DNA of 62,974 nucleotides, filler included, from Globobulimina sp. (GCA_003354225.1; 26 parts of 26 records of this genome joined end to end with filler, not necessarily neighbours in it); one strand, 5' to 3'. Counted from the whole stretch's first letter, positions 48,528 through 61,693 are shown. Notes: a model not told the origin generated them from the sequence alone. Numbers and translations are program-made.

Positions 48528-50852
48528 GCCAGCACCATCACCACTTATTGCATTATCTGATGAATCTTGTAATTCTGTACGATTAATTTGAGCAATTTGA
48601 GTAGTTTCAGCAGTTTGTGTTGACAGTGTTGTTGGGTTTTGAGTTGGATTCATCGCTGTTGCATTATTTGTATCTTGAAACGTCGGTGGCAATGTACAAT
48701 CTGTGTGCATATCAATTGAATTACCAGCCATATCATACCACTTCGTACAGTTCCATGGCTCATATTCCTTCCATAAAAGACATACATAATCCCACGATGT
48801 GTCGTCAAATAATTGTTGTTGAATAACATTACCAATGATCCAATATTTCCATCTCTCGCTATAATATACATACCATGTCACTTCTGTCTTTGTCAAATTA
48901 TAATATTCTGTTCTCAGCCAAACAGCTCTGCCATTAAATGCTATATTTTGTTGCAAAGTATATTTTCCTGTAAGTTCCCCATAGGAGAAACAAGCAGTAA
49001 TTTCATTTGTATATTGAATAATATTATTTGTTGGCACCTTTCCAATGCAATCACTTTCATTGCGGCTATTTATTGCTGTCACAGAAACATTACACTCGGT
49101 CTCAAAGTGCAACAAGAACACATTGCGAAAACGCCAACAATCTCCACACAAATCGGCTGTTGCAACGTTTTCCGCACAATACGCATAAATGGTAAATGGC
49201 GGCGCAGTCTGTGCAGTTATAACCCATCGATCTAATTCATCCACAAACACAATGTACCATGAAATATTACCGTTTAGTCTTTGATTCTTAAAAATATATC
49301 TTCCATCATATTCTGTTGTATTATCTAACAAATATAAACCATAATAACCTTGCAAAAATGAACCATTTTCATTTTGATCAAATGAATCATGTAAGCATAG
49401 AATTGGTGGATAATATATGCTTACATTATTTGTAACATTTGGATGCGTGCATTCATCCACGTCAATATCAGACGGAAAACATCCAATAGTCCAACATCCC
49501 AAATACCACGAAATACAATCCCACGGCGCAAATAACATTTCATTCGGTATAGCTGTCGTATCATTTGTAACAAAACCTGTTGCACAGACTGCGAATGAAT
49601 AAGTATTTGTGCCTTGACCCATGGCAAAAAAAAGCTCATTTCTTCCAAATAGGTTATGCGTGGGCGTTATAAATGTATCTGGAGAGGTTTCACTGATCCA
49701 ATAAGCAATACTTTTATGATACTGTCTGTAGTGGCCAGCCAGTGGCGACCCATAACTTGTTTTAACACAAACAAATATATCACCAATGTTGCAAATACCT
49801 CCATGTGAACTTACATTTTGTCGAGTTAATGTGCCATTACTTACCTCTTTCATATACCAATTATTCCCACATAAAGTTGGGTCATCACTATATTCTGTAT
49901 ATTGCGTAGAATTCAATATACATTGCATAGAAATGGTGCTGTCATTGTTATAATCTGTACCGACGACCCAACGCCATGGATTATGTTCGTTTGTAACAGA
50001 ATGGTTTACAGCTAACCAAATATAATAATCATTATGGAAATGAGGACCAGAATGACCTTTTTTGTACCATACGGGATGGTGATTGACAATGAGATGAGCT
50101 ACGTATTTCATTACAGATATAATGTTATTTTACACAACAATAAGAATATGTTTCTATATATACCTTGCTCTTGAAACTCGCCATCAAAAATAAAAATTAA
50201 GTTTGGTGTAGTCTTTGGTGAATGATCAACAATACAAATTATTGCTGGATGTAAGGCATTATTAAAACAATCAATTGTAGCAAATACGTTTTGTGCTTCA
50301 TTGCTGATTATGTCTATAATGAAAGTTGCATCACTTTTTGATATCATTCTGGTTGGGATTGTTGGATCAGCCATAGATGAATCACCAGATAATGCATATA
50401 CTCCATGTAAATCATTATCGTTTCCAATTAAAACAGCGCATACATTTGCATATTGTTCTAGATTTAATGTCCATCGTTGCGCAGAACATAGCGTTTCAAA
50501 ATAATTACTGTATGTTATTAAAACAATTGTATCATTATAATATGTCGATGGTGCGTTCCATGTTAATACATTGCATGGATTATTTGTGATATCAGTAATA
50601 TTTTCACCGTTTGCAAATAATACAATTTTTTTATCACTTATTGGAATTTGGTAAGCGAACGGTGGGAAATTTACTCGTTCTGACATTACAGTCTGTGATA
50701 ACGTGGATGGGAGTTCTATATTAACAAATGCGTAATTCGCACTGCATCGGGCGTCAGTCGGTAAATATGGGCTTGTAGAGGTAATTTGTGTACTTATATG
50801 TGTGTGACTTTGCGTTGTCTGTATTATAGGTTCATTTGTAGGGTTATATGTA
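48528..50852 (-). CDS. Extracellular protein: PA domain + four W/Y/C-rich repeats + Thr-rich stalk (internal fragment)
   Basis: PA-like PCN...TIVLI...C...AVLIGN...TIPTRMISKSDA. 65-nt intron 50163-50099. Many NxT/S sequons. Confidence 0.8.
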
Positions 50853-50952
50853 NNNNNNNNNNNNNNNNNNNNNNNNNNNNNNNNNNNNNNNNNNNNTTAA
50901 TTAATTAANNNNNNNNNNNNNNNNNNNNNNNNNNNNNNNNNNNNNNNNNNNN

Positions 50953-52045
50953 TTTATACTTGGACTCTTTCTGCGCGTCCAACAATTCTTCATTTTCCTC
51001 GGTGATCTCCGTTAATTTATCCGTCAATACCTTGATCTGCGAAGTTAACGACTCACTGCGAATCCGCGTAGAACGATTGATCAATATCGCAATGGGAATC
51101 TTCCAATGCCCGCACATGCCTTCATACTCAAATAAATGCACCATATCACCGTCTGTCAACACTGCATAATATCTAGAAATGCATTAGAAATTAATATAAT
51201 TATACAGCGTGGGAATAAAGTGTTAACTTTGCTTTTTTTGGACATTTTAAATGAGCGCGGCTCCATTTCCAGTTTTTAAGCTGTAACACCCAAATCTCAT
51301 CCGATAAACCAGAGTTATTTTTGTTAGTTCCTTTTTGTTTGCCGCCGAATATAATGATATACGTCTGTTGGAAGACAACGCAGCCAAAAAAATACTGTTT
51401 GTACGGCATTTTGAACTCTTTTAATTTTTTCCATTGGATTTCGGGATGGATGTCGCAAATATAAATGGTGTCTAAATATTTTTTTAATTTGATGGAGTCG
51501 TTGCCACCAAACACCACAATTTGCGCGTTATGCGAGTCATTTGCCTGCAAAACGATGGAGGAGTGTCCAGCCGGCGAAGGTTGGATCATTTCGTGTTCGA
51601 TGAATTTCTGTTTCATGGTATCCCATATTAAATGGCGATCTTTCTCGCTGCCGCCAATGACATGGAACGCGCCTTTGTGAACTAAGGAGGATGAAAATTT
51701 GCCATTGCCGACGATGGATTGTTTGGCTTTTTTCTTGCATTTTGTGACTAATTGTTTATGGACATCGAACTCTACGAAAGTTTTATCTGTACCGTCATAC
51801 AAATATATTTTGCCAGTCTCGCGATCAGCTGCAATTGTATGGAATTTTATATTTATCTCGGTTGGGTATGGTATATACGGACAAAATTTATCTTTTTCAA
51901 TGTCATATTTTCGTAAATATTCATTTTTGCCGTATGGACTTAATATAATCTCATTCTCACTTAAAATTACCGGTTTTGCAAATGTTTTTGTGGGCGATTT
52001 CGCGCAGCGAATCCAGTCTGATTTTTGCTCGACTCTACGAGCCAT
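50953..52045 (-). CDS. Kelch-like beta-propeller protein with C-terminal coiled coil (3' truncated)
   Basis: FHVIGG, IVVFGG...IYICD...W, IIIFGG...IWVL...W. 55-nt intron 51227-51173. Confidence 0.85.
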
Positions 52046-52117
52046 TACTTTACAGTTTTTCGAATTAAAGTTTTAGTAAAAAAACACCAACTTACTCAAC
52101 CACAACCAATACCGAAT

Positions 52118-52942
52118 ATGTGCGACGGCTCTGGATTAACACCACATTTAAGTGGATCAAAAGGATCAGGATCCTTCGGATGCGCACCTTCAGTTTAGTT
52201 TGACAATCCATATTCTGAATGTATATCACTTCAATTTTAGGTTACATGCCGCCAACTTCTTCGATTTATCGACGATTTCACAGTAATTGATATTCGCGAA
52301 GAAGCTGAATGTAAAAATGATGATCAAAAAGAGTATATTAAAAATGTTGTATTTATCCCAATGGGAAAAGTGCTGTCCGGAGTATTTCTTAGTTCTGACG
52401 AAGCTGATGATTTATTAAAAAAAGGATCAAAAGTTTGTTTTGTATGTCCCCGCGGAGGGAGAGCTAAAACAACCGCAGATTGGTTTTATTCGTCAAATGT
52501 TGATATTAAACCATTTTATTTACGAGGCGGATTAAATGAATTTATGGCCCAACAAAAAGGGAAAATTGTGGTTGATGATGATTTTTTAATGATATTATCC
52601 CATTTAGAGGATGATCCGGAAAAAGTTGGTGTTGGATTACAACTTTGTGTGGCTGCAGCAAATAAAGGAAAAACGGTTACTTTGGTGTTAATGCATAATG
52701 CCACGAGATTAGCAACAAAATCTTATGCTAAAAGTAATAAATTAGTCTGTCCGCCACCGCTGAAACCGTGGACTGAATTATTGCAAAAAATTATTGATAA
52801 ACAGGGGAATATTTATTGCTGTAATACCTGTTTAAAAATAAGAAAAACTGCGGATGAAGATTTAATTGATGCAGCAAAAAGAATTAAAGGACCGGATGTT
52901 ATTGATATGAAGGAATTTTGTAAAATGAATTTCATGATGTAA
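52118..52942 (+). CDS. Rhodanese - DsrE/DsrF-like fusion protein (258 aa), one intron
   Basis: Exon 52118-52192, 48-nt GT-AG intron, exon 52241-52942. Rhodanese: VIDIREEAE, FIPMG, VCPRGGRA, YLRGGL. DsrE-like: HLEDDPEK...VTLVLMHNATRLA...ELLQKIIDKQGNIYCCNTCLKIR...DLI. Confidence 0.85.
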
Positions 52943-53377
52943 CTACTAACAATACCATGTACAGTAACTACTAATAACTAATAGTAATATTTTTTTTTAC
53001 AGAGGATGTCCGCGCCGATACGTTTAGATCCTGACTGACTGTTTTCATACTACTTGCGTCGACTTAAGCTCAGCTGCGTTGATTAACTGCTCTTTAATAG
53101 CAGACATTTGGGAGCTACTTTTTGTCTGCTTAAGTCAAAAGAAAAATTGCTCGAAATATTTTACCAGCTTTAACAGAAAATGAACCATCCTCTCAGGAAA
53201 AGACGATCCCAATTATTAGTAAGTGGATACGTTAGAAAATGTAGCACCCACTACATCCATACAGATATTATTAGCATNNNNNNNNNNNNNNNNNNNNNNN
53301 NNNNNNNNNNNNNNNNNNNNNTTAATTAATTAANNNNNNNNNNNNNNNNNNNNNNNNNNNNNNNNNNNNNNNNNNNN

Positions 53378-55702
53378 ACCAAGTGATGCAGACACTTCAA
53401 CAAGAACAAAAGGTTCAAAGGGCAGATGATAATCAGAGTCGCGGGTCTTCTGAGCAAGCCAAAGCGGTTAATGAGACAACATCAGAAAAACAGGTACGAC
53501 TTATTGCACTTTATTTGTCCATAATATACACAGCCTACGTTTGTCCATGCATACATATGTAGCCATAGACAAACAGCCATCGTCTGTAACATCCAGTGTA
53601 TCCATGGTAGCAACAGCGGCATCATCATCATCGTCGTCGACCTGCTCCATAAATTACCTGTCATCTGCGAGCAATCACAGTTCTTTCAGTTCCAGTGTCG
53701 TCGCCAAATTAGAGGCAAAATTAGATGATGCATCCCAGTGTTCAGTGGCCAATGATTGCAGCTGCAGTCACCCAACAGCGCCAACAACAAAATTAGAATT
53801 AGAGACAAAATTAGAGACACAATTAGATGATCCCCCCAGAATGCCGTCGAAATGCAGCATACGCACCGTCCGATTGATTATAAATGCACCTGTATCAAAG
53901 CCGATATTTAAGCTAATATTGCAACAAAAATGTATACCAAATCCCACGGCACAGAGTTTTGAAAAAATATTTGTACGCTGTCATAAGTCTTATTACCATC
54001 CGAGCGCCACCGTGATTTATGCGCATTTTGTTAATTTTGAGGATAGAAAATTTAACCAATGCCGGCTGGACTTATTTGATTTCAACCCCTATGCTACGCA
54101 TTATAATTACATAAGTCATAAAGCAGCGAGAAACACAAAAAACATTATCGATTTAATTGGCAATAAGTTCGGATTGATCGCGTTGGTTAATGGCGGGTTT
54201 AAACAGTATCCAAAGATCGAGGTTCCCGTGGAATATTTATCGAAAATGGTGAAGATATGCTTGCGGTGCAAATTAAACGAAGCCGAGAGCAGGAAACGAG
54301 TTTGCAAATATTGTCTGGCGGAGGAGATCAATGATCGAAAGAAGATTGCTCAATATTATAAGCACCCGAATAATAAAGCAAATTCTAAATCGAATTTCCA
54401 GATCGAAGCAGATTTAATTAAGCTCAAAATCGAACCGCATCTAATCCCGACCCCGCTGTATAAGTCAGAGTGTCATGCATTAAAAAACGGCAAATGTACG
54501 CGGCAATGTTGTACTTTTGTCCATAATCCCAAGGAAAAACAGTTTGGAAAGACATTAATGCAAATCCAAAGAGCTGCGAACCAAAAGAAATATGCCACAG
54601 CAATGTCACAATACGAGTTAAGCAGTTATCAGACGATTGGTTTGCAATTCAAATATAGACGCATTATTTGTAAGTTTTATGAACAAAAATTGAAATATGG
54701 CGCACCAATTGCAATGGTCGATAATGAAAGCAATTGCAATTATATCACGAAGGAATTAGTTAAATGTAAGGTGCAGTTGCATTTAATTCCATTAGTGTAT
54801 AAATCCGATTGTAGGGAGGAAAGATGTCGCGGGAGATCTAGATCCGGCAAAATGTGCTCCTTTGTTCACACCCACAATGATCGCGTCTTTGGTGACATAT
54901 TATGGCGCATAAAGTGCGTTGCCAGAAATAAATATGAATCCGCGTCCACGTCCGTGCATTCGCAGCAGTCCATGCCTGACGAGAAGCAGTTATTGTTTGA
55001 TGGCGATATGGACGAAAAAAAAGACAAACACGAATGGAATAGGTCGCCGATAGAAAGAGAATGGGGATATGCCATTCGACCGTACATAGAAGCAGTTAAT
55101 GAGGAGCGAGCCGCGGAAATTAAAGAATTAGCTGCCTGGAGCATAGATGCAGGCCATATTGCACTCAAAATAGAGACTGTAAAGTGTGTGAAAAATGTGG
55201 AAGGCCGAGTGTACGGATTATTTGTCATCTACGAAGATGACAAAGACGCCAAAATCACGCCATTTCGGACGTATATTAATTTCTTATTTCCCTGTGAATT
55301 TGATGTGGGATTAAGGACGTGTACAGCCGATGAAAAACCCAACAAACAACGAGATAAACAGTGCCCTGCGTGCTATTTTAATGTATGTGACAAAACCCAT
55401 TGGACGTTGGAGGATAACCGAATGGTATTAGCGCCAATCGACGGTGATTACGAAACGCACAATGATAGATTGCAAGGTGTTGTTGTCGAGAGATTGCCAT
55501 CGCGCAATCCCAAGAAAAAACGATACAAAGTAAAGATAGAAAAATATGGACTGACTGATAATATTACGGCGTGGTTGAAATTTGCAGTGGTCGCATCCAA
55601 GAAATTTAATAAAAACCATAGGAGCGATTTTGAAAATGTACACATTTCGTATAATCCGAGCAATGTCTGGCAGCAAATAGAAGATGTTTTGAAGGGTTTG
55701 GA
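53378..55702 (+). CDS. Large protein with two CCCH-like zinc-finger modules (internal fragment)
   Basis: Repeated HLIP..YKS.C...C...C.FVH...FG..L module. Probable in-frame intron 53494-53576. Confidence 0.78.
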
Positions 55703-56172
55703 NNNNNNNNNNNNNNNNNNNNNNNNNNNNNNNNNNNNNNNNNNNNTTAATTAATTAANNNNNNNNNNNNNNNNNNNNNNNNNNNNNNNNNNNNNNNNNN
55801 NNTATTGATTGTAGACGGATAAAATCAACTGAATTATCGATTTTACTTTCTTTTCACTTAAATGCACTAACTCTATTAAAATATACAAAAACTTGTTATT
55901 CATAGTTTTTTTTGCAAAGTTTGCTAAAAACAAAAACTTGAAGTTTGCGAATTTGTGTAATTATATTTCCGACGCCAGTGATAGTGCAAGGATGTCAGAA
56001 GATATTCGCTTGAGTCATTAATATTAAATAATGGTAAAAATAGCAACAAAAAAAGGTGACAAAATGTCCAAAAATAGTCAATTCCCAATAATTTGATGTG
56101 TGATATATTAATTGTTTAAGTGTTCAACAATAAAAATACAGATGATGGAGATATATATGATTATTATTAGAG

Positions 56173-56606
56173 TTATCGCCGAATATCTGATCGCGGTGTA
56201 TTTTTTTTGACCAAATTTTGGCTCTCTCTCTTTAAAACATGCAATAATGTCTGTGATGATTCCAATATCTGATAATTATATATGTAAAATGTATCAATGT
56301 ATGAATGGTGATGGAAGGCAGAGTCGCAGAGAAGAGAGAATTTAATCAATTAACTTTCATATACGCGGCTTCTGTCTCGTGAATGGTTTTGTCGTATTCA
56401 TTTTTAGAGCTTGATTTGTGTTCAATTGATTCATTTAAACCGTGTAATTTTTCTGTTAAATCAGCCAATTGCTTTTGAACTCTGCCTTTCTCTCTTTCTT
56501 CATTCATCATTTCCTTTTGAACTAAATCTCTTTTTTGTTTTAAATCTGTTAAGCATTTTACTAATTCATTGTTATAATTTTGTAACGATGCACCTGATTC
56601 TGCCAT
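56173..56606 (-). CDS. SSNA1: SSNA1/DIP13/NA14 microtubule- and centriole-associated coiled-coil protein
   Basis: GASLQNYNNELVKC...YDKTIHETEAAYMK|ILESSQTLLHVLKRE across an 86-nt intron (56354-56269). Confidence 0.95.
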
Positions 56607-56674
56607 GGATTAGAGATTGATGACTGATGAGACACCACAAAAAGTTAATTTAGGAGTAAAAGTCGAATTGCAAG

Positions 56675-57700
56675 CTAGTGGTCTTTCGTAAAATTGCTTA
56701 AAAGTTGGTCTCTTTCCATTGATTTTAAAAGCAATGCTCTATACTCTTTTATAGCCGTAATTGCCTCCATTTCATCTCTATTAAAATGCAATGCGCCCAA
56801 ATATTCCTTTATTGCTTTTTTAACATCCTTTTTATGCCTTAAATACAATCGCGCAGCGTTAACAAACGGAAACTCTCTCGATGAATATCTCAAACACTGT
56901 TTCGATCTCGCAAATAATTCCAATGCCTTATCGCTTTGGTCACTCATAAACAATTGGTTCATTATACAAACACCCAAATCATTCCATGCATTCCCAAATG
57001 ATGGGTCTAATAAACATGCGATTCGATCACATTTCATCATTAACATCATCCCATCAATGTCATTTAGTTTAGATAAATAATTGTCGTTCATTATATATTC
57101 CAATATCTCTTCTTTTATTTCCTTATCATTACTGACAGCATCCTGCGATGACAATGGACTCATCTTTAACTTATCCGATTCATTTATTTTTGTGTCTAAT
57201 ATATCTTTGTTACCTTTGTTGTTGGCTGACAATGTATATAACATCCAACCTAAATAAGTGTATCCATCTGCTGTTTCATAGGCATTTATGGATTTGGCAT
57301 AATAAGAGATGCGATCTTCAATTTTCTCGCACGCGTTGGCTAATTTTATGAACATGCAAGCTTCGTTGATGTTATTTGTTGTAGTTTCATCAGCTTTGGC
57401 CAATGCTTGTTGTATTGGATCGGATAAACGCGGCGGAATTATATTGTTCTGAGGGAGGGATTCAATGTATTTTATGTCATATTCGATGTAGTCAATTAAT
57501 TGTGCAGTGGTTGAGAATATTTTAATGATATCAAAACCTAATTGAGTCAGATATATTTCCTTCGAATAGTTTTCATTTGTTGCTATCACATGTTTATGAT
57601 TCACTTGTTGGGTACAAAGTTGCTAACTCTGAAAACAGCACATAATATAGTTGCTAAAGATTTAAACGTATCACTACACACGGTGCCAACTGCGCAAGCA
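56675..57700 (-). CDS. TPR-repeat protein (5' end uncertain)
   Basis: ADGYTYLGWML, LDPSFGNAWNDLGV, RYSSREFPFVNAARLY...AIKEYLGAL. Confidence 0.8.
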
Positions 57701-57961
57701 ATTGCCCGGTCCTTCGGGCTCCGCAATGACATTTTGCGCAACATCTGGAACGCAAATCGGACGACAACTGGCAGATAATTCTAGGAAATGGGCTAAAAAT
57801 AGTTGATTTTTTCCCAAAAACCCTCAAGGCTCGCAGGGAAGTCGTCCGATAATTACATTAACGATAGTAGTCGGAACATGGATGTGAAGGATCGTCATTC
57901 TCTCTTTTAGATAGCCCTGTCCCGAGGTCGAGGCGGGCGGGCACAGTTGGGAACTCTCAAG

Positions 57962-58126
57962 ATGAAGAAGCTTATAGCGCAAAAGAAGGTAAAATGTCGG
58001 TGTCCGGCGTGTCAATCCGTCCAGTGGCTGCGGTACTCACCGGTTATGTCCGGGACGATGCAATGCAAGAAGTGCACCGCCGAATTTCAGGCCATACCTG
58101 CAAAACGCAATAGCCGGACAAACCGC
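57962..58126 (+). CDS. Zinc-ribbon protein N-terminal fragment, GC-rich, possibly bacterial
   Basis: KVKCRCPACQ...MQCKKCTAEF. Base composition differs from the rest of the contig. Confidence 0.45.
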
Positions 58127-58655
58127 NNNNNNNNNNNNNNNNNNNNNNNNNNNNNNNNNNNNNNNNNNNNTTAATTAATTAANNNNNNNNNNNNNNNNNN
58201 NNNNNNNNNNNNNNNNNNNNNNNNNNGCAAGTAGACACTGCAACAACTACGTAATGCTCTCTTTGGCTTAATGTCGTAAGAATGATTAATATGCATCAGA
58301 AATGCAATACAATGAATCTACGCATCAAATTTGTGGCAATCACTGAACCCATAAAAAAAATATTGTGCAAAAAACAGTGTTTATATAGAAGCACAATGTT
58401 GTATTGCTATCATAAATAATAAGTTAAAAACACAAACTATGTTGTTCCATATCCTAGGTATAGAGAGCCACATTTTGCAACGAAATTCTTTCTCACAAAA
58501 TAGACTCGGTATACAATAAAAAATCACGATTCGTGTACGAGGTTTATGGAAGTTGCCATATGTAACACAACTATGCAAGCGAACACGTGCCGTATTGTGA
58601 AAAGTTTTACATGAATTATTATAAGATTTGTTTCACACCAAAAGCATGAACAATG

Positions 58656-60053
58656 TCACTTATAACTTATTTTGTCTCTATAATATTTAATCTGTAACCT
58701 CAAATAATCATTTTCTGCTCTTAACATTTCCACTTCCTTTACCAATTTATCCTCACTATGCTCTCTCCGATGAATATCATCCTTATCCTCCAACATCTCC
58801 TTATCGCCATGAGCAAAATGGCAGCGATCGCCCCACGAACAATGACCAGTCTTCCAATGAGCACAGATTTGAGTTTTAAATTTTTCGCTATCTAAAAAAA
58901 AACAATTAAAAATATACAAAACAACACTAGCTCAAATATATGCGCAGCACAAACCATGTTTTGCATCTCGTCCATGATGCAGTGGAACATTGGGAGATAT
59001 ATCAGCTGTCATAAGCGGTCTCTCCAATAAAATAGCACCACAAATATGTCTGGAACGAGAATGATGACTATGACTATGATGATGTTTGTGTTTGTGTCTA
59101 TGTCTGGATCTGCTCCGTGATCGAGCAATATTTCTATGATTACTACGCTCTCTTTTTATTACAACATTATTATTTTGCATACATTACTTATCATTGTAAG
59201 CCTTCTGCCGACAGTTTACTATGTTTACTAAACTTGCGACTATCACTATGTTCACTATATTTATATGTCATATGTCTACGATGTAGCGAATGCCTATGAT
59301 GTCGGTCGCGATGATATGAGTGCCGCCGAGAATGATGTCGTCGTGATTTGATTATTGAGTTTGATGCATGGTGGTTATGATTAGTATGATTGGTATCCGT
59401 ATCAGCAAAATCTGAACAGATTTTGACTGGATTACTTTGGTGGTTTATGTCGTTTGTTAGTGTGAAAGTTGTAGTTGCTGTTTTGCGATATTGTGGTTTG
59501 CGAAAATGCGGTCAGAGAACATGCGATATGTATTATTAACTTTGATTGTCGGAATTAACTACCGCTGAATTTAAAAGGGTTGTGGGTTCAGCCGTTTCCG
59601 TTTTTACCAGTACACGTTGCACTGAAACTGCCATGTTTCTGTAGTAAAATTGAGGATTTTTCTTACTGGTTTTTATTAATATTTCCAATGATGTCAGCTG
59701 GTTAAACCAATCCGTACTGAAAAATCTGTCATTATAAAAATATTAGATTTGATACGTTGATATTCTCACTGATAATATGGCAGTATTCGACTATCCTTTT
59801 CGTAAAAACACACAAGTATAACAAACATATAATTTATACAGAGAACAATACAATTTGGTAATAGAATTCGTGCATTTAACTGAATCGAAAGCAAAGTCAG
59901 TAATTCAGTACAATGTGAACGGTATCGATGAAGGTTAAAAGAAAGGCATACAAAGCAATTGTCGGCATCACAATATATATTTATATATATATATACAATG
60001 CCGTATTGTAACGAGCTAACATTGTTGTGATTGATTGCATGAACTGTATCCAT
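58656..60053 (-). CDS. Multi-exon CCCH zinc-finger protein with R/S/H-rich region and C-terminal coiled coil
   Basis: FKTQICAHWKTGHCSWGDRCHFAHG (C-x7-C-x5-C-x3-H). Intron 58954-58892, plus further frame-consistent introns upstream. Start uncertain. Confidence 0.8.
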
Positions 60054-60266
60054 TGTAAATCTGCAATAAAAACATGGACCTTAATTTACTGCACAGTAAT
60101 CGCAATATTTAACCAATCTAAAATACAAACTGTACAGCCACGCATATAACTGTTTATTTACGAATACTTAAACACACCATTTCCAAATGAAAGAGCTTAT
60201 TCCTTAAATGATTTCAAATAATAATATTTACAAACAACAAAAAATTAAAACAAACCAAACAAACAA

Positions 60267-60550
60267 TCACATACATTCAAAAAGTAATAAATCTTGTCTC
60301 CCTCCACCACTATCACTTGTTTGTTGTATTGATATTTTTATTTTTGGATATTTAATATTTAATGATGATGAAATTGATGAATATAAATAAAATAACCAAC
60401 TTCGTCTATCTCCACCTTCTTCTTCTTTCCAATCCTTCCAAATCCCATATAATGAACACTTGATTTTATTTGTTTTTCTTGTTTCACTTAAAATATCCAA
60501 TAAACCACATAATGAAAATTGATATGAATAACCTCCCAAATAATATGTAC
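60267..60550 (-). CDS. Hypothetical protein, 3' fragment
   Basis: Frame open from the contig end to the stop at 60267. Confidence 0.45.
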
Positions 60551-60650
60551 NNNNNNNNNNNNNNNNNNNNNNNNNNNNNNNNNNNNNNNNNNNNTTAATT
60601 AATTAANNNNNNNNNNNNNNNNNNNNNNNNNNNNNNNNNNNNNNNNNNNN

Positions 60651-61438
60651 TTGGGACGGTTTTAAAGTTGCGACATAAGAAATATTTGTTGCAGAAAAAT
60701 AATGGGACGCAAAGATATCAATCGCCTGAAAAAATGATATTTGAGCCGATAAGGTATAACACAAAAACAGATATTTGGTCCATTGGAGTGACAACGTATG
60801 AATTATTATTTGGTGATGAGTATGCTGCGGATAATGAGCTTGCGTATGTTCACAGTGCACCAAAATTAAAGAATAAGAAGAAATATAAAATATCTGCTGA
60901 ATGTTGTGATTTTATGACCTTGTGTTTTGAAGAAAATTACGAAAAAAGACCATCTGCAAAAGAGTTAGTGGAACATGAATGGTTTAAGAAATATGTCAAC
61001 AAAGACGTAAATGCCTCGTTATGGCCGTGGTATATCACAATGCCAGGAACAGAGGAGAAAGAGGATATATTTTCAGCCATTGATGGTATGAATGGAAGAA
61101 AACGAGGAAAGGGTGTTACGTTTGCACCAAATGTTAAACACCAGAAACAGGAAAAAAAAACACAACTTTATAATGAAGATTTATTATTTATGATATCCGC
61201 GTTGATAATATATTATTCCGCACAATTTTTTGATGCAAACGAAGATAATAATACTGATACGATATTACATCGTAGACGGTCGCACGTTATAGTTGATAAA
61301 CAAAACGGTGGCAAAGGATATTCGGATGGTGAAAGGATCACAAATATGGCTAAATATGCGCATTGTTCGAAGGAAATTGTTAAAGACAAAATAAGACTCA
61401 CTGTTAATTATATTAAATCACAAATTCATCAATTATAA
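60651..61438 (+). CDS. Ser/Thr protein kinase (STE/MAP2K-like), C-lobe and tail
   Basis: Begins inside the DFG motif. GTQRYQSPEK, TDIWSIGVTTYEL, CFEENYEKRPSAKELVEHEWF. Confidence 0.88.
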
Positions 61439-61693
61439 AATTAAATAATTAAATGTTTCACAATTATTATATTCTAATTATTTAACTTGCTTTTTCGAAT
61501 TTGTTTTGTTTTTTATTGGATATGATGTGTGTTTGATGTGTATACTGTATACTGTATACAGTGAAATCTGAAATTGTTTTTAAATGAGTCTGAATATATA
61601 CAACAAAAACAAACTACAACCGAGAAACAGCACGATTCTAAATCAAGGTTAACAGAAACAATGTTATATAGACACCAGAATTAGAATACAGTA

